Source: Candidatus Eiseniibacteriota bacterium
Lineage (GTDB): Bacteria; Eisenbacteria; RBG-16-71-46
Direction of reading: 5' to 3'
Length of the DNA stretch: 64,000 nucleotides
Assembly: GCA_044223005.1 (NCBI GenBank)
Contig: JBGAML010000003.1
Span: forward strand, 224,001 to 288,000
Positions within the stretch are counted from its first letter, which is position 1. The number at the start of each line of letters is the position of its first letter. A model generated the notes under the pieces. It was not told where the DNA came from. It searched no databases and worked only from the letters and a program-made list of their open reading frames with translations. Positions 9,422 to 18,725 of the stretch are shown here, in pieces. A program made the position numbers and the translations under genes.

Positions 9422-10600
9422 ATGTCGCTCACGCACCGCTCGCGCACCGGAACGGCCTTCGCCTCGGCGACGCGCGAACCGTTCCCGGTCATCCGCGCCC
9501 AGCGCGCGGCGTTCTTCGCCGAACCACTCGCCGTGTCGATGCTCGACGCGATGCCGGGGCCGGCGTTCGTCCTCAACCCGCGCCGGCAGATCGTGGCGTT
9601 CAACGGCCTGCTGGCCGAGACGCTGGGACTGACCGAGCCCGAGGAACTCCTCGGGCTGCGTCCCGGCGAAGCCGTGCGCTGCACGCACGCGAGCGAGCGC
9701 GTGACCGGCTGCGGCACGACGCCGTCCTGCGCCGAGTGCGGCGCGGTGAACGCCGTGCTCGACTGCCTGCGCACGAAGCAGCGCGTCGTGCGCGAGTGCC
9801 GCATCGTCACCGAGACGCCGCGCGGGACGGGCGCGCTCGACTTCCGCGTCCACGCGACGTTCGTCACGTTCGGCCCGAACGACTACGTGGTGGTGGGGCT
9901 CGAGGACATCGGCGACGAGAAGCGCCGCGAGGTGCTCGAGCGCACGTTCTTCCAGGACCTGCTCGGCAGCTGCCGCGACGTGCACGCGATCGCCGGCGAA
10001 CTGCGCGGCGACCTGCCGGCGGCCGGCGTCCCGGCCGACCGCGCGCGCGACCTCGAGGAGATCTCCGGGCACGTGCTCGAACAGGTCGAGGCGCAGCGCA
10101 CACTGCTCGCGGCCGAACGCGGGGAGCTGGAGGTCGACGCGCAGGACATCGACCTGCGCCAGGTGCTGAACGGAGTCGTCCAGCTCGTGCGACGCGAACC
10201 GCTCGCGGCCGGGCGCACGATCCGGTTCGAGGCGGCGCGCCACTGCACGATCTGCACCGACCGCGTCCTCGTCGGTCGCGCGATCGGCGCGCTGCTGCGG
10301 AACGCGCTCGAGGCGACGCGCGACGGCGGGACCGTCGAGGTGACCTGCGAGTACGACCACGAACTCGCCACGATCACCGTGCACAACGAAGGCGTGATCC
10401 CGGACGAGATCCAGCGCCAGGTGTTCCAGCGCTCGTTCAGCACGCACGACGAGCCGGGCCGCGGGACGGGCACCTACGCGGCGCGCCTGCTCGTGGAGGA
10501 CTACCTGCAGGGCCGCCTCGCGTTCACGAGCGAGCCGCGCGTCGGGACGCTGTTCGTGATCGTGCTGCCGCGGCGGCTGCAGCGCGCCGCGACGGGTTAG
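9422..10600 (+). CDS. Cys-rich PAS-like sensor + HATPase_c histidine-kinase-like protein (H-box His replaced by Gln)
   Basis: RPGEAVRCxH...GCGTTPSCAECG; RTFFQDLLG; LLRNALEA, FQRSFST, GRGTGTY. Confidence 0.8.
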   Translation: MSLTHRSRTGTAFASATREPFPVIRAQRAAFFAEPLAVSMLDAMPGPAFVLNPRRQIVAFNGLLAETLGLTEPEELLGLRPGEAVRCTHASERVTGCGTTPSCAECGAVNAVLDCLRTKQRVVRECRIVTETPRGTGALDFRVHATFVTFGPNDYVVVGLEDIGDEKRREVLERTFFQDLLGSCRDVHAIAGELRGDLPAAGVPADRARDLEEISGHVLEQVEAQRTLLAAERGELEVDAQDIDLRQVLNGVVQLVRREPLAAGRTIRFEAARHCTICTDRVLVGRAIGALLRNALEATRDGGTVEVTCEYDHELATITVHNEGVIPDEIQRQVFQRSFSTHDEPGRGTGTYAARLLVEDYLQGRLAFTSEPRVGTLFVIVLPRRLQRAATG

Positions 10601-10634
10601 TTCGCGCTCCGGCCCACGCCACGACGGCGAAACG

Positions 10635-10669
10635 ACGCGGCCGGCACCGGGATCCGGTGCCGGCCGCGT
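10635..10669. terminator. Probable bidirectional terminator between convergent genes
   Basis: Perfect 16-bp inverted repeat acgcggccggcaccgg-gat-ccggtgccggccgcgt. Confidence 0.65.
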
Positions 10670-10686
10670 GCGGTGATGCGGGTGCG

Positions 10687-10986
10687 TCACGCCTTCGCGG
10701 TACCCTTGCTCGCGACGTAGAGGTGGTAGCCCAGCAGCACGACGAACGCGCCGACGATCGAGGCGACGAAGCCCATCCCGAAGCCGGTGGGCCAGCGCAG
10801 GATCGCGAACAGGATCTTGCCGACGATCCCGCCCACGAACCCGAGCAGGATCGTCATCGGCCAGCCGATCCGGTCCTTGCCCGGGAAGATCGCGCGCGCG
10901 ATCGCACCCACGATGAACGCGCCCACCAGGTTCACGACGAGCCACGCGCCGAGGAAGGCGGCCAGGGCCCCGAGTGCGAGCTTCAT
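10687..10986 (-). CDS. GlsB/YeaQ/YmgE (transglycosylase-associated) stress membrane protein
   Basis: IVGAIARAIFPGKDRIGWPMTILLGFVGGIVG...FVASIVGAFVVL family pattern; GGAGG SD. Confidence 0.85.
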   Translation of the reverse strand: MKLALGALAAFLGAWLVVNLVGAFIVGAIARAIFPGKDRIGWPMTILLGFVGGIVGKILFAILRWPTGFGMGFVASIVGAFVVLLGYHLYVASKGTAKA

Positions 10987-10987
10987 G

Positions 10988-11581
10988 TCAACGGCCTCCG
11001 AAGAGCCCGCCCAGTTCCTGGGCGAGGTTGCCGAGCGGGTTGCCACTCGGCGCGTTGCCGAGCAGCTGCCCCGCGAGCCCGGCCAGGCCGGGCTGCGACT
11101 GCGCCACCGACTGCGCGACCTGCTGGTGCTCGCCCTGCAGGAGCGCGGCGAGACCGCCGGCGTTCAGGCCCTGCTGCTGCGAGTGCTGCGCGAGTGCGCT
11201 CATCACCACCGGCGCGAGCAGCGCCATCAACTGCTGCACCTGGCCCGCGCCGAGGCCGCTGGTGCCGGCGACGGCCGCGTGCGCGACCTCTTCGTGCGGC
11301 CCCAGCATCTGGCCGATCAGCCCGGGCAGGCCGGAGCTGTTGCCACCGCCGAGCCAGCCGGCGACGTCGCCGAGCAGGCCGGCGTCGTGCTGCTGCACGG
11401 CGGCGTGCAGCGCGTCGGCGCCGCCCGACTGGGACTGGTGCGCAAGGCCCGCGAGCAGCATCGGGAGCGCTGCGGCGATGGCGGACTGCGTCTGCTGCGG
11501 ATCGGCGCCGAGCCGGTGGCCGATGGCCTGCACGGTGTCGCCGCCGAGGGACTGCTGGACGAGATCGAGGATGCCGGGCAT
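10988..11581 (-). CDS. DUF937-family protein
   Basis: MPGILDLVQQSLG...AIAAALPMLLAGL...GADALHAAVQQHD...LMALLAPVVMSAL; AGGAG SD. Confidence 0.8.
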   Translation of the reverse strand: MPGILDLVQQSLGGDTVQAIGHRLGADPQQTQSAIAAALPMLLAGLAHQSQSGGADALHAAVQQHDAGLLGDVAGWLGGGNSSGLPGLIGQMLGPHEEVAHAAVAGTSGLGAGQVQQLMALLAPVVMSALAQHSQQQGLNAGGLAALLQGEHQQVAQSVAQSQPGLAGLAGQLLGNAPSGNPLGNLAQELGGLFGGR

Positions 11582-11677
11582 GTGCGGTCTCCTGCAGGAG
11601 GGGGTGAGCAGGGGGGGACGCAGAATGTAGTCGGGAGGGCACCGCGTGTCATGCCCGAACACGCGGCCGCCGGTGCT

Positions 11678-12223
11678 TCAGGCGTCGCGCGGCTCCGGGA
11701 CGAGTGCGACGTGGTGGTGCGTGAACGGGAACTGCCGGCACCGCCAGGCGCGCAGGAACTCCGCGCGCGGGAGCCGCTCGCGCCGCGCGTTGCCGAGCCG
11801 CACGTGGGTCGCATCCGCGCCGAGCAGGATCGCCCAGTGCGCCGACCACGGCCGGCCACCGAGCAGCCCGTCGTCGAGCAGCACGGGCACCGGGTGGCCC
11901 GCCGCGAGCACCGGCGCGAGCGCGTCGAGCGCGCGCTCGCCGTGGCGCCCGAAGGGCCCCGAGCCCAAGCGCCGCACCCCGAGCCCCGCGTCGCGCAGCG
12001 CGCGCGCGAGCCGCCACGCGGTGGTGCCCAGCCCGAACGGCATGTCGGGCGGGTGCGTGGCGGCCATCGCGTCGACCGCGGCGGCGTCGTCCCCGATCGT
12101 TCCGCTCGCGAACGGCCCGAGCCGGAAGTGCGCGAGCACGGTCGCCGCGGCGGCCTGCCCGCAGGCATTCCAGTGCCGCGCGGCGCGGTTCTCGACGACG
12201 CGAACGGAGGCAGGCCCGGTCAC
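11678..12223 (-). CDS. Peptidase C39-like (papain-fold) protein
   Basis: GTGA overlap with mce; NACGQAAAATVL (Cys), PVPVLL, AHWAILLG (His), LGN. Confidence 0.6.
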   Translation of the reverse strand: MTGPASVRVVENRAARHWNACGQAAAATVLAHFRLGPFASGTIGDDAAAVDAMAATHPPDMPFGLGTTAWRLARALRDAGLGVRRLGSGPFGRHGERALDALAPVLAAGHPVPVLLDDGLLGGRPWSAHWAILLGADATHVRLGNARRERLPRAEFLRAWRCRQFPFTHHHVALVPEPRDA

Positions 12224-12645
12224 GCGTGCGGCTCGCGCGGCTCCTCGCACAGCTCGAGCAGCACGCCCCCGAAGCTCTTCGGGTGCAGGAACGCGACCGT
12301 GCTGCCGTGCGCGCCCGGGCGGCCGTGCTCGTCGATCAGCTTCGCGCCCGCGGCCTTCGCCGCCGCGAGCCGCTCCTCGAGGCCGGAGACCTCGAGCGAG
12401 ACGTGGTGCAGGCCGGGCCCGCGCGTGGCCAGGAACCTCGCGACCGTATGCGTGTCGGCCAGCGGCTGCAGCAGCTCGAACGTGACCGGGCCTACGCGCA
12501 CGAACACGACGCGCAGCGTGCCGGCGTCCAGCACTTCCTCGCCGCCGCGCGTCCCGCCGAGCGCGTCGACCAGCGTGGTCGCGAGGGCGTCGGCGTCGGG
12601 CGTCGCGATCGCGACGTGGCTCAGTCCCGTCACCGGCGCGCTCAC
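12220..12645 (-). CDS. mce: Methylmalonyl-CoA epimerase
   Basis: [47 protein letters not shown]. Confidence 0.92.
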   Translation of the reverse strand: MSAPVTGLSHVAIATPDADALATTLVDALGGTRGGEEVLDAGTLRVVFVRVGPVTFELLQPLADTHTVARFLATRGPGLHHVSLEVSGLEERLAAAKAAGAKLIDEHGRPGAHGSTVAFLHPKSFGGVLLELCEEPREPHA

Positions 12646-14267
12646 AGCTTCTCCCCGGGGCGGTGCACGCCGAACACGCCGCGCAGCGTGTCGCAGACCT
12701 CGCCCAGCGTCGCGCGCGCGACGAGCGCCTCGAGGATCGGTGGCACGAGATTGCCCGTGCCCCGCGCGGTCGCTGCGACGCGTTCGAGCGCGGCCGAGCA
12801 CGGCGCCGCGGCGCGCGAGGCGCGCCACTCGCGCAGGAGCTCGCGGCGGTTCTCCTCGACGGCCGGGTCGTGCGCGAACGGCGGCGGGGGCACGGGCTGG
12901 CCGTCGGCGAAGCGGTTGACCCCGACCACGGTGCGCGCGCCGGTCTCGACGTCGCGCTGCCACTGGTAGGCGGCGAGGTGGATCTGCTCCTGCACCCAGC
13001 CGGCGGCGATCGCGGGCAGCATGCCGCCCATGCGGTCCACGTGCGCGATCAGCGCCCGCGCGCGCGTTTCCAGCTCGGCGGTGAGCGATTCGACGAAGTA
13101 CGAGCCCGCGAGCGGGTCGACGGCGTCTGTGGCGCCGCTTTCGAACGCGATCACCTGCTGCGTGCGCAGCGCGAGCAGTGCCGATTCGCTGGACGGCAGG
13201 CCGAGCGCCTCGTCGTAGCTGTTCGTGTGCAGCGACTGCGTGCCGCCGAGCACGGCGGCAAGTCCCTGCACGGCGACGCGCACGACGTTGTTGAGCGGCT
13301 GCTGCGCCGTGAGCATCGAGCCCGCGGTCTGCGTGTGGAACCGCAGCTTGCGCGCCTCCGGATCAGTGATGCCGAAGCGCTCGCGCAGCAGCTCCGCCCA
13401 CAGCTTGCGCGCGGCGCGGAACTTGGCCACCTCCTCGAAGAGGTGGTTGTGGGCGTTGAAGAAGAACGAGATCCGCCGCGCGATGCGCACCGGGTCCAGC
13501 CCGCGCGCCTTCGCCGCCTCGAGGTAGGTGAGGCCGTCGGCCAGCGTGAACGCCAGCTCCTGCACGGCCGTCGCCCCGGCCTCGCGCATGTGGTAGCCGC
13601 TCACCGAGATGCTGTTCCACTGCGGGACGTGCTCGGCGGTGAACGCGAACACGTCGGTGATGAGCCGCAGCGAGGGTTCGGGCGGGTAGATGTACGTGCC
13701 GCGCGCGATGTACTCCTTGAGCACGTCGTTCTGCACCGTGCCGCCGAGCGCCGCGCGGCTCGTGCCGCGGGCATCGGCCACCGCGACGTAGAACGCGAGC
13801 AGGAGCGGCGCCGTCGCGTTGATCGTCATGGAGGTCGTCACGCGGTCGAGCGGCAGGTCGGCGAGCAGTTCCTCCATGTCGGCGAGGCACGAGATCGCGA
13901 CGCCGACCTTGCCCACCTCGCCGCGCGCGAGCGCGTGGTCGCTGTCGTAGCCCATCTGCGTGGGCAGGTCGAACGCGACCGAGAGCCCGGTCTGGCCCTG
14001 CGCGAGCAGGAACCGGAAGCGCTCGTTGGTCTGGCGCGCGCTGCCGAAGCCGGCGTACTGGCGCATCGTCCAGAGCCGCGAGCGATACATGCCCGGGTGG
14101 ATGCCGCGCGTGTAGGGCGGCTCGCCCGGCGCGGGGGTGCGGCGCGCGAGGTCGCGCGGCAGGTCCGCGGGGCCGTACACCGTGCGCACGTCGATCTCGC
14201 TCGGGGTCGAGCGCGGCGGCGCCTCCGGCGCGGCGGGCTTCGCGGCGGCGCGGCGGCGCGCGCTCAC
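12642..14267 (-). CDS. Methylmalonyl-CoA mutase, substrate-binding subunit (no B12-binding domain)
   Basis: [61 protein letters not shown]. Confidence 0.95.
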   Translation of the reverse strand: MSARRRAAAKPAAPEAPPRSTPSEIDVRTVYGPADLPRDLARRTPAPGEPPYTRGIHPGMYRSRLWTMRQYAGFGSARQTNERFRFLLAQGQTGLSVAFDLPTQMGYDSDHALARGEVGKVGVAISCLADMEELLADLPLDRVTTSMTINATAPLLLAFYVAVADARGTSRAALGGTVQNDVLKEYIARGTYIYPPEPSLRLITDVFAFTAEHVPQWNSISVSGYHMREAGATAVQELAFTLADGLTYLEAAKARGLDPVRIARRISFFFNAHNHLFEEVAKFRAARKLWAELLRERFGITDPEARKLRFHTQTAGSMLTAQQPLNNVVRVAVQGLAAVLGGTQSLHTNSYDEALGLPSSESALLALRTQQVIAFESGATDAVDPLAGSYFVESLTAELETRARALIAHVDRMGGMLPAIAAGWVQEQIHLAAYQWQRDVETGARTVVGVNRFADGQPVPPPPFAHDPAVEENRRELLREWRASRAAAPCSAALERVAATARGTGNLVPPILEALVARATLGEVCDTLRGVFGVHRPGEKL

Positions 14268-14788
14268 GACGTGGCCTCCGGCTTGAGCTTGACCAGCGCG
14301 GCGCCCGAGGCGACGGCCTGCCCGATCGCGACCAGGATCTCCTCGACCACGCCGCCCGTCTGCGCGGCGAGCTCGTTCTGCATCTTCATCGCCTCGAGCA
14401 CCACCACGGGCTGGCCCGGCTTCACGACGTCGCCCGGCTTCACGCGGATCGCCACGACGGCGCCGGGCATGGGCGCCGCCACGGTCTCGCCGCGGCCGCG
14501 CGCGCGGTCGCCCGCCTGCTGCGCGAGCAGTTTCTCGAGCGGGCTGCGTACCTCGACCGGGATCGTGAGCCCGTTCGCGGTCACGTCGAGACTACCGCCG
14601 TGCGGCGAGTGTGACACGTGCACCTCGTGCGAGCGGCCGTCGAGGATCAGCGAATAGACCTCGCCGTCGGGCAGGCGGACGAAGCTCGCCTCCAGCTGGC
14701 GGCCTTCGACTTCTGCGAAGATCTTGCCATCGCGCGCCTCGAACTCGACCTCGGCGTCGCGGCCTTCCATCGAGACCCAGAACTTCAT
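14264..14788 (-). CDS. Biotin carboxyl carrier protein of an acyl-CoA carboxylase
   Basis: APMPG...EAMKMQNE biotinylation motif; ATGA overlap with the biotin carboxylase gene. Confidence 0.9.
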   Translation of the reverse strand: MKFWVSMEGRDAEVEFEARDGKIFAEVEGRQLEASFVRLPDGEVYSLILDGRSHEVHVSHSPHGGSLDVTANGLTIPVEVRSPLEKLLAQQAGDRARGRGETVAAPMPGAVVAIRVKPGDVVKPGQPVVVLEAMKMQNELAAQTGGVVEEILVAIGQAVASGAALVKLKPEATS

Positions 14789-16290
14789 GATTCGCTCCGC
14801 CCGCGGCCGGCCCACTTCCACGGCGAACCGCCCCGGGCGTCCTCCTGGCGCGTGATGGTGGTGCGCAGCCGCTCCTCGCGCTGGTGCAGCGCGGCGGCGA
14901 GCAGCGCGGACTGCTTGGCGTCCTCGTCCGGCAGCAGCACCGCCGGCGTGAAGTGTTCGTCGAGGAAGCGCGTGCTCAGGCGGCCGGCCGCGAACTCCGG
15001 GTGCGCCATGAGCCAGCGGTGGAACGCGATGTTGTGCTTGGGGCCTTCGAGCACGAACTCGTCGAGAGAGCGCATCATACGGCGGCGCGCCTGGTCGCGG
15101 TCCCGGCCCCACGTGATGAGCTTCGTGAGCAGCGAGTCGTAGAAGAGCGGGATCTCGTAGCCGCGGTAGAAGCCGCCATCGACACGCACGCCGGGGCCGT
15201 GCGGGAACCGCACGCGCTCGATCCGGCCCACGCTCGGCAGGAAGCCGCGCGCCGGGTCCTCGGCGATGATGCGTGTCTCCATGCTCCAGCCGTTGATCGC
15301 CGGCGTCTCGTCGCCGAACGACAGCTCCTCGCCCTCGGCGACGCGGATCTGCTCCTCCACCAGGTCGAGCCCGGTCACCATCTCGGTCACCGGGTGCTCG
15401 ACTTGAAGTCGCGTGTTGACCTCGAGGAAGTAGAAGCGGTTCTGCTCGTCGAGGATGAACTCGACCGTCCCGGCCGAGAGGTAGCCGACTTCCTTCGCGA
15501 CGCGGATCGCCGCCTCGCCGAACGCCTTCCGCGTCGTCTCGTCGAACGCGGGCGACGGCGTCTCCTCGACCAGCTTCTGGTGGCGGCGCTGGATCGAGCA
15601 CTCGCGCTCGCCGAGGAACGCCACGCGCCCGGTCGAATCCGCGAGGATCTGCGCCTCGATGTGGCGCGGCTTCTCGATCGCGCGCTCGATGAACACGCGG
15701 TCGTCGGCGAACGCCGCGCGCGCCTCGCCGCGCGTCACGTCCCACGCCGCGGTGAGTTCCGCGTCGCTGCGCACGATGCGCATGCCCTTGCCGCCGCCAC
15801 CGGCCGCGGCCTTGAGCATGAGCGGCCAGCCGATCTGCTTCGCGACCGTGCGCGCCTCGCCGAGCGTGAACACCGGTCCGGGCGAGCCCGGGATCACCGG
15901 CACGCCGGCGCGCACCGCGGCCTCGCGCGCGGCGAGCTTGTCGCCGAGCCCGGCGATCGTGCGCGAGCGCGGGCCGATGAACGCGATGCCCGCCTTCTCG
16001 CAGGCCTCCGCGAACGTGGCGTTCTCGGCGAAGAAGCCGTAGCCGGGATGGATCGCGTCGGCCTTCACGCGCTTCGCCGTCTCGAGCACGCGCTCGAAGT
16101 GCAGGTAGCTGTCGCGCGACGGGCCGGGACCGATCGGGTAGGCCTCGTCGGCCATGATCACGTGGAACGCGACGCGGTCGGGTTCGCTGAACACCGCGAT
16201 CGACGTGCGCCCCATCTCGCGCAGCGTCCGGATGACGCGGACCGCGATCTCGCCGCGATTGGCGATGAGCACGCGCTGCAGCCGCTTCAT
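14785..16290 (-). CDS. accC: Biotin carboxylase subunit (acetyl/propionyl-CoA carboxylase)
   Basis: LIANRGEIA, IHPGYGF, GGGGKGMR, ERECSIQRRHQK, EVNTRLQVEHPVTE, YDSLLTKLI. Confidence 0.93.
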   Translation of the reverse strand: MKRLQRVLIANRGEIAVRVIRTLREMGRTSIAVFSEPDRVAFHVIMADEAYPIGPGPSRDSYLHFERVLETAKRVKADAIHPGYGFFAENATFAEACEKAGIAFIGPRSRTIAGLGDKLAAREAAVRAGVPVIPGSPGPVFTLGEARTVAKQIGWPLMLKAAAGGGGKGMRIVRSDAELTAAWDVTRGEARAAFADDRVFIERAIEKPRHIEAQILADSTGRVAFLGERECSIQRRHQKLVEETPSPAFDETTRKAFGEAAIRVAKEVGYLSAGTVEFILDEQNRFYFLEVNTRLQVEHPVTEMVTGLDLVEEQIRVAEGEELSFGDETPAINGWSMETRIIAEDPARGFLPSVGRIERVRFPHGPGVRVDGGFYRGYEIPLFYDSLLTKLITWGRDRDQARRRMMRSLDEFVLEGPKHNIAFHRWLMAHPEFAAGRLSTRFLDEHFTPAVLLPDEDAKQSALLAAALHQREERLRTTITRQEDARGGSPWKWAGRGRSES

Positions 16291-16671
16291 TCAGTCCTCC
16301 AGCACGACGCACGCGACCGCGAGGCCGCCGTCGTGCGACAGCGAGAGATGCGAACGTTTCGCGCCGATCGCCCCGAAGCGCTCGAGCGCCGCGCCCGTCA
16401 GGCGCAGCTCGGGAACGCGGCCGCCGGGCTGCAGCACTTCGATCTGCGTCCAGCCGACGCCGCCGGCCATGCCGGTCCCGAGCGCCTTGGACGCGGCTTC
16501 CTTCGCGGCGAAGCGGGCCGCCAGGTGCGGCATGGGGTCCTTGTGCCCGCGGCAGTAGGCGAGCTCGCCCGGCGTGAAAAGGCGCTTCTCCATGCGTTCC
16601 CCGAAGCGCTGCAGCGACTCGGCGATCCGCTCCACCCGGCACACGTCCACGCCGATGCCGCGCACGCTCAT
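16291..16671 (-). CDS. acpS: Holo-ACP synthase
   Basis: GIGVD, ARFAAKEAASKALGTG, LSLSHD. Confidence 0.95.
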   Translation of the reverse strand: MSVRGIGVDVCRVERIAESLQRFGERMEKRLFTPGELAYCRGHKDPMPHLAARFAAKEAASKALGTGMAGGVGWTQIEVLQPGGRVPELRLTGAALERFGAIGAKRSHLSLSHDGGLAVACVVLED

Positions 16672-16836
16672 GCGACCTCCGCCGATCGGGAACCCGCCCG
16701 CGCGCCCACGGCGCGGGATGCCCCGGGACTCTACGCGTGCGGCAGGCGCCGGGCAACGCGCGCGGGTGTGCTACCGTCGCTCCTCCATGATGCGAATCGT
16801 CCCCGTTCCGGCCGCTCCTGACGGCCTCGTCCGCCC

Positions 16837-18723
16837 GTGGCGGTGAAGCGTCCCGTCCGCCGCGAGCCCGACCGCCCGGCCGCGCGTGCCGCGAAACCGG
16901 CCGCCGCTCCACCGCTGCCGCCGGCCCCGCCGCTGCTGCGTGATCCGTGGGCGTGGCTGGCGCCGCTCGGCGTGCTGCCGCTGCTCGCCCGCTGCATCGG
17001 CGCGCCGCTCGGCGAGCCGGTCGCAGAGGACTTCGACTTCCTGCATCGCGCGCTGATCCTGGGCACGGGCACGCTTCTGGACGGCGGCGGCTCGCAGGCG
17101 TTCTGGCGGCCGATCCCGCACCAGTCCTACTACTGGCTCTTCGGCCGCGCGATCGTCGAGCATCCGGGCGCGGTGGCCGCGTTCCACGTGTTCGCGCTCG
17201 CGCTGGGCGCGCTGCTCTTCTATCGCGTCGCGCGCGAGGCGCTGCCCGGTCCCGCCGCGGCGGTCGCAGCATCGTTTCCGCTGCTCGCCGAGTCGACGCG
17301 CACGCTGGTCGGCTGGCCGACGCAGTTCGTCGACGTCGGGCTCTACCTCTTCTCGGCGCTCGCGCTGCACGAGGCATCGCGCCGCCGGCTGCCGACGGCG
17401 CTCGTCGCGCTGCTCGCGGCGCTGCTCAACAAGGAACTCGCGGTGATCACCGCCCTCCTGATGCCGCTGGTGCCCGGGCCGCTCGCGCGCCGCGATCGCA
17501 TCCGGCTTGCGGCGGGCGCCGGCGCCGTCGCCGCGGTGTGGGCGGTCGCGTACCTGTCGGTGCGCCACGCCGCGCACCTCGAGCTGCCGCACGGACTCGA
17601 GCGCGACCCGAGCGAACTCGCGGTCCCGCTCGGCGCGCGGCTCGCGTGGGCGTTCGGCGGCAGCGTGCGCGCGATCCTCAGCCTGACGCTCATGCCCGGG
17701 CGGCACGACGCGCTCGCGTTCGGGCTCGTGGGCCTGTTGCTCGTCGCGGCGGGCGGGCTGTTCGCGACCTCGGCCGCCGCGCGCGCGCGGCTGGCGGCGC
17801 TGCGCGCGCCGGTCGCGTGGGGACTCGCGTGGTTCGTGCTCTACACGGCCTCGCTCGCCACGATCTACCCGCTCTGGCAGCCCAACCGCAGCCAGATCGG
17901 CAGCGCGGGTCTGGGTGTGGCCACCGCCGCCGTGCTCGGAGCGGCGCATCCGCTGCTGCCGGCGGCATTCGTCGCCACGCGGATCGGGCTGCTCGCGCTG
18001 GCGCCAGCGCCGGCGACCAACATCTCGAACTCGCCGCCGGAGACGGGCGCGTTCATGGACTTCGAGCGGCTCACGCGCCTGCAGCGCTTCATGCGCGAGA
18101 TGCGTGCGCTGCTCGAGGCGCATCACCCGACGCTGCCGCATGGGAGCGCGATCGTGCGGGGCAGCATGCCGCACGGCCTCGTCTACGCGTTCGGTGGCGA
18201 CCGGGCGGTGCAGGTCTGGTACCGCGATTCGACGCTGCGCCTGATCTCGTCGGCCACGTTCCGCGAGCATCCCGAGATCGCGGCCGCGGCGAGCGTGCAG
18301 TTCCAGCCCGGCCACGCACACGACCTCGTGCTGCTGCCGATCGCGGCCTCGCGCGCGCAGGAGGACGCCTACCTCGCGCTGGTCGCCAAGCGCTTCGACG
18401 AGGCGATCCGGCTCTACGCGCGAGCCGAGTCGCTCGAGACGGATTCGCTCGCGTACGTGTTCCACGCCGAGAACCTGGGCGGCCACGCGTTCGCGCTCGA
18501 GATGCTGGAGCGGCCGGACGAAGCCGTGCCGATCGCGCGTCGCGCGCTCGCGCTCTACCCCAAGGACGTCAACGCGCGGCTCGTGCTGGCGAGCGACGCG
18601 CTCGTGCACGGCCGCTTCGACGAGGGCGAGCGCTGGATCGACGCCCTGCTCGCGGACGATCCCAACCTGCGTTCGGCGCTCCAGCTCCAGTCGCTGTTGC
18701 GCCAGGCCCGCGGCGGGCGCTGA
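16837..18723 (+). CDS. Polytopic membrane protein with C-terminal TPRs (GT-C/TMTC-like glycosyltransferase candidate)
   Basis: EDFDFL...FWRPI loop after the first TM, LLNKELA motif, many TMs, TPR-like tail. Confidence 0.6.
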   Translation: MAVKRPVRREPDRPAARAAKPAAAPPLPPAPPLLRDPWAWLAPLGVLPLLARCIGAPLGEPVAEDFDFLHRALILGTGTLLDGGGSQAFWRPIPHQSYYWLFGRAIVEHPGAVAAFHVFALALGALLFYRVAREALPGPAAAVAASFPLLAESTRTLVGWPTQFVDVGLYLFSALALHEASRRRLPTALVALLAALLNKELAVITALLMPLVPGPLARRDRIRLAAGAGAVAAVWAVAYLSVRHAAHLELPHGLERDPSELAVPLGARLAWAFGGSVRAILSLTLMPGRHDALAFGLVGLLLVAAGGLFATSAAARARLAALRAPVAWGLAWFVLYTASLATIYPLWQPNRSQIGSAGLGVATAAVLGAAHPLLPAAFVATRIGLLALAPAPATNISNSPPETGAFMDFERLTRLQRFMREMRALLEAHHPTLPHGSAIVRGSMPHGLVYAFGGDRAVQVWYRDSTLRLISSATFREHPEIAAAASVQFQPGHAHDLVLLPIAASRAQEDAYLALVAKRFDEAIRLYARAESLETDSLAYVFHAENLGGHAFALEMLERPDEAVPIARRALALYPKDVNARLVLASDALVHGRFDEGERWIDALLADDPNLRSALQLQSLLRQARGGR

Positions 18724-18725
18724 AC

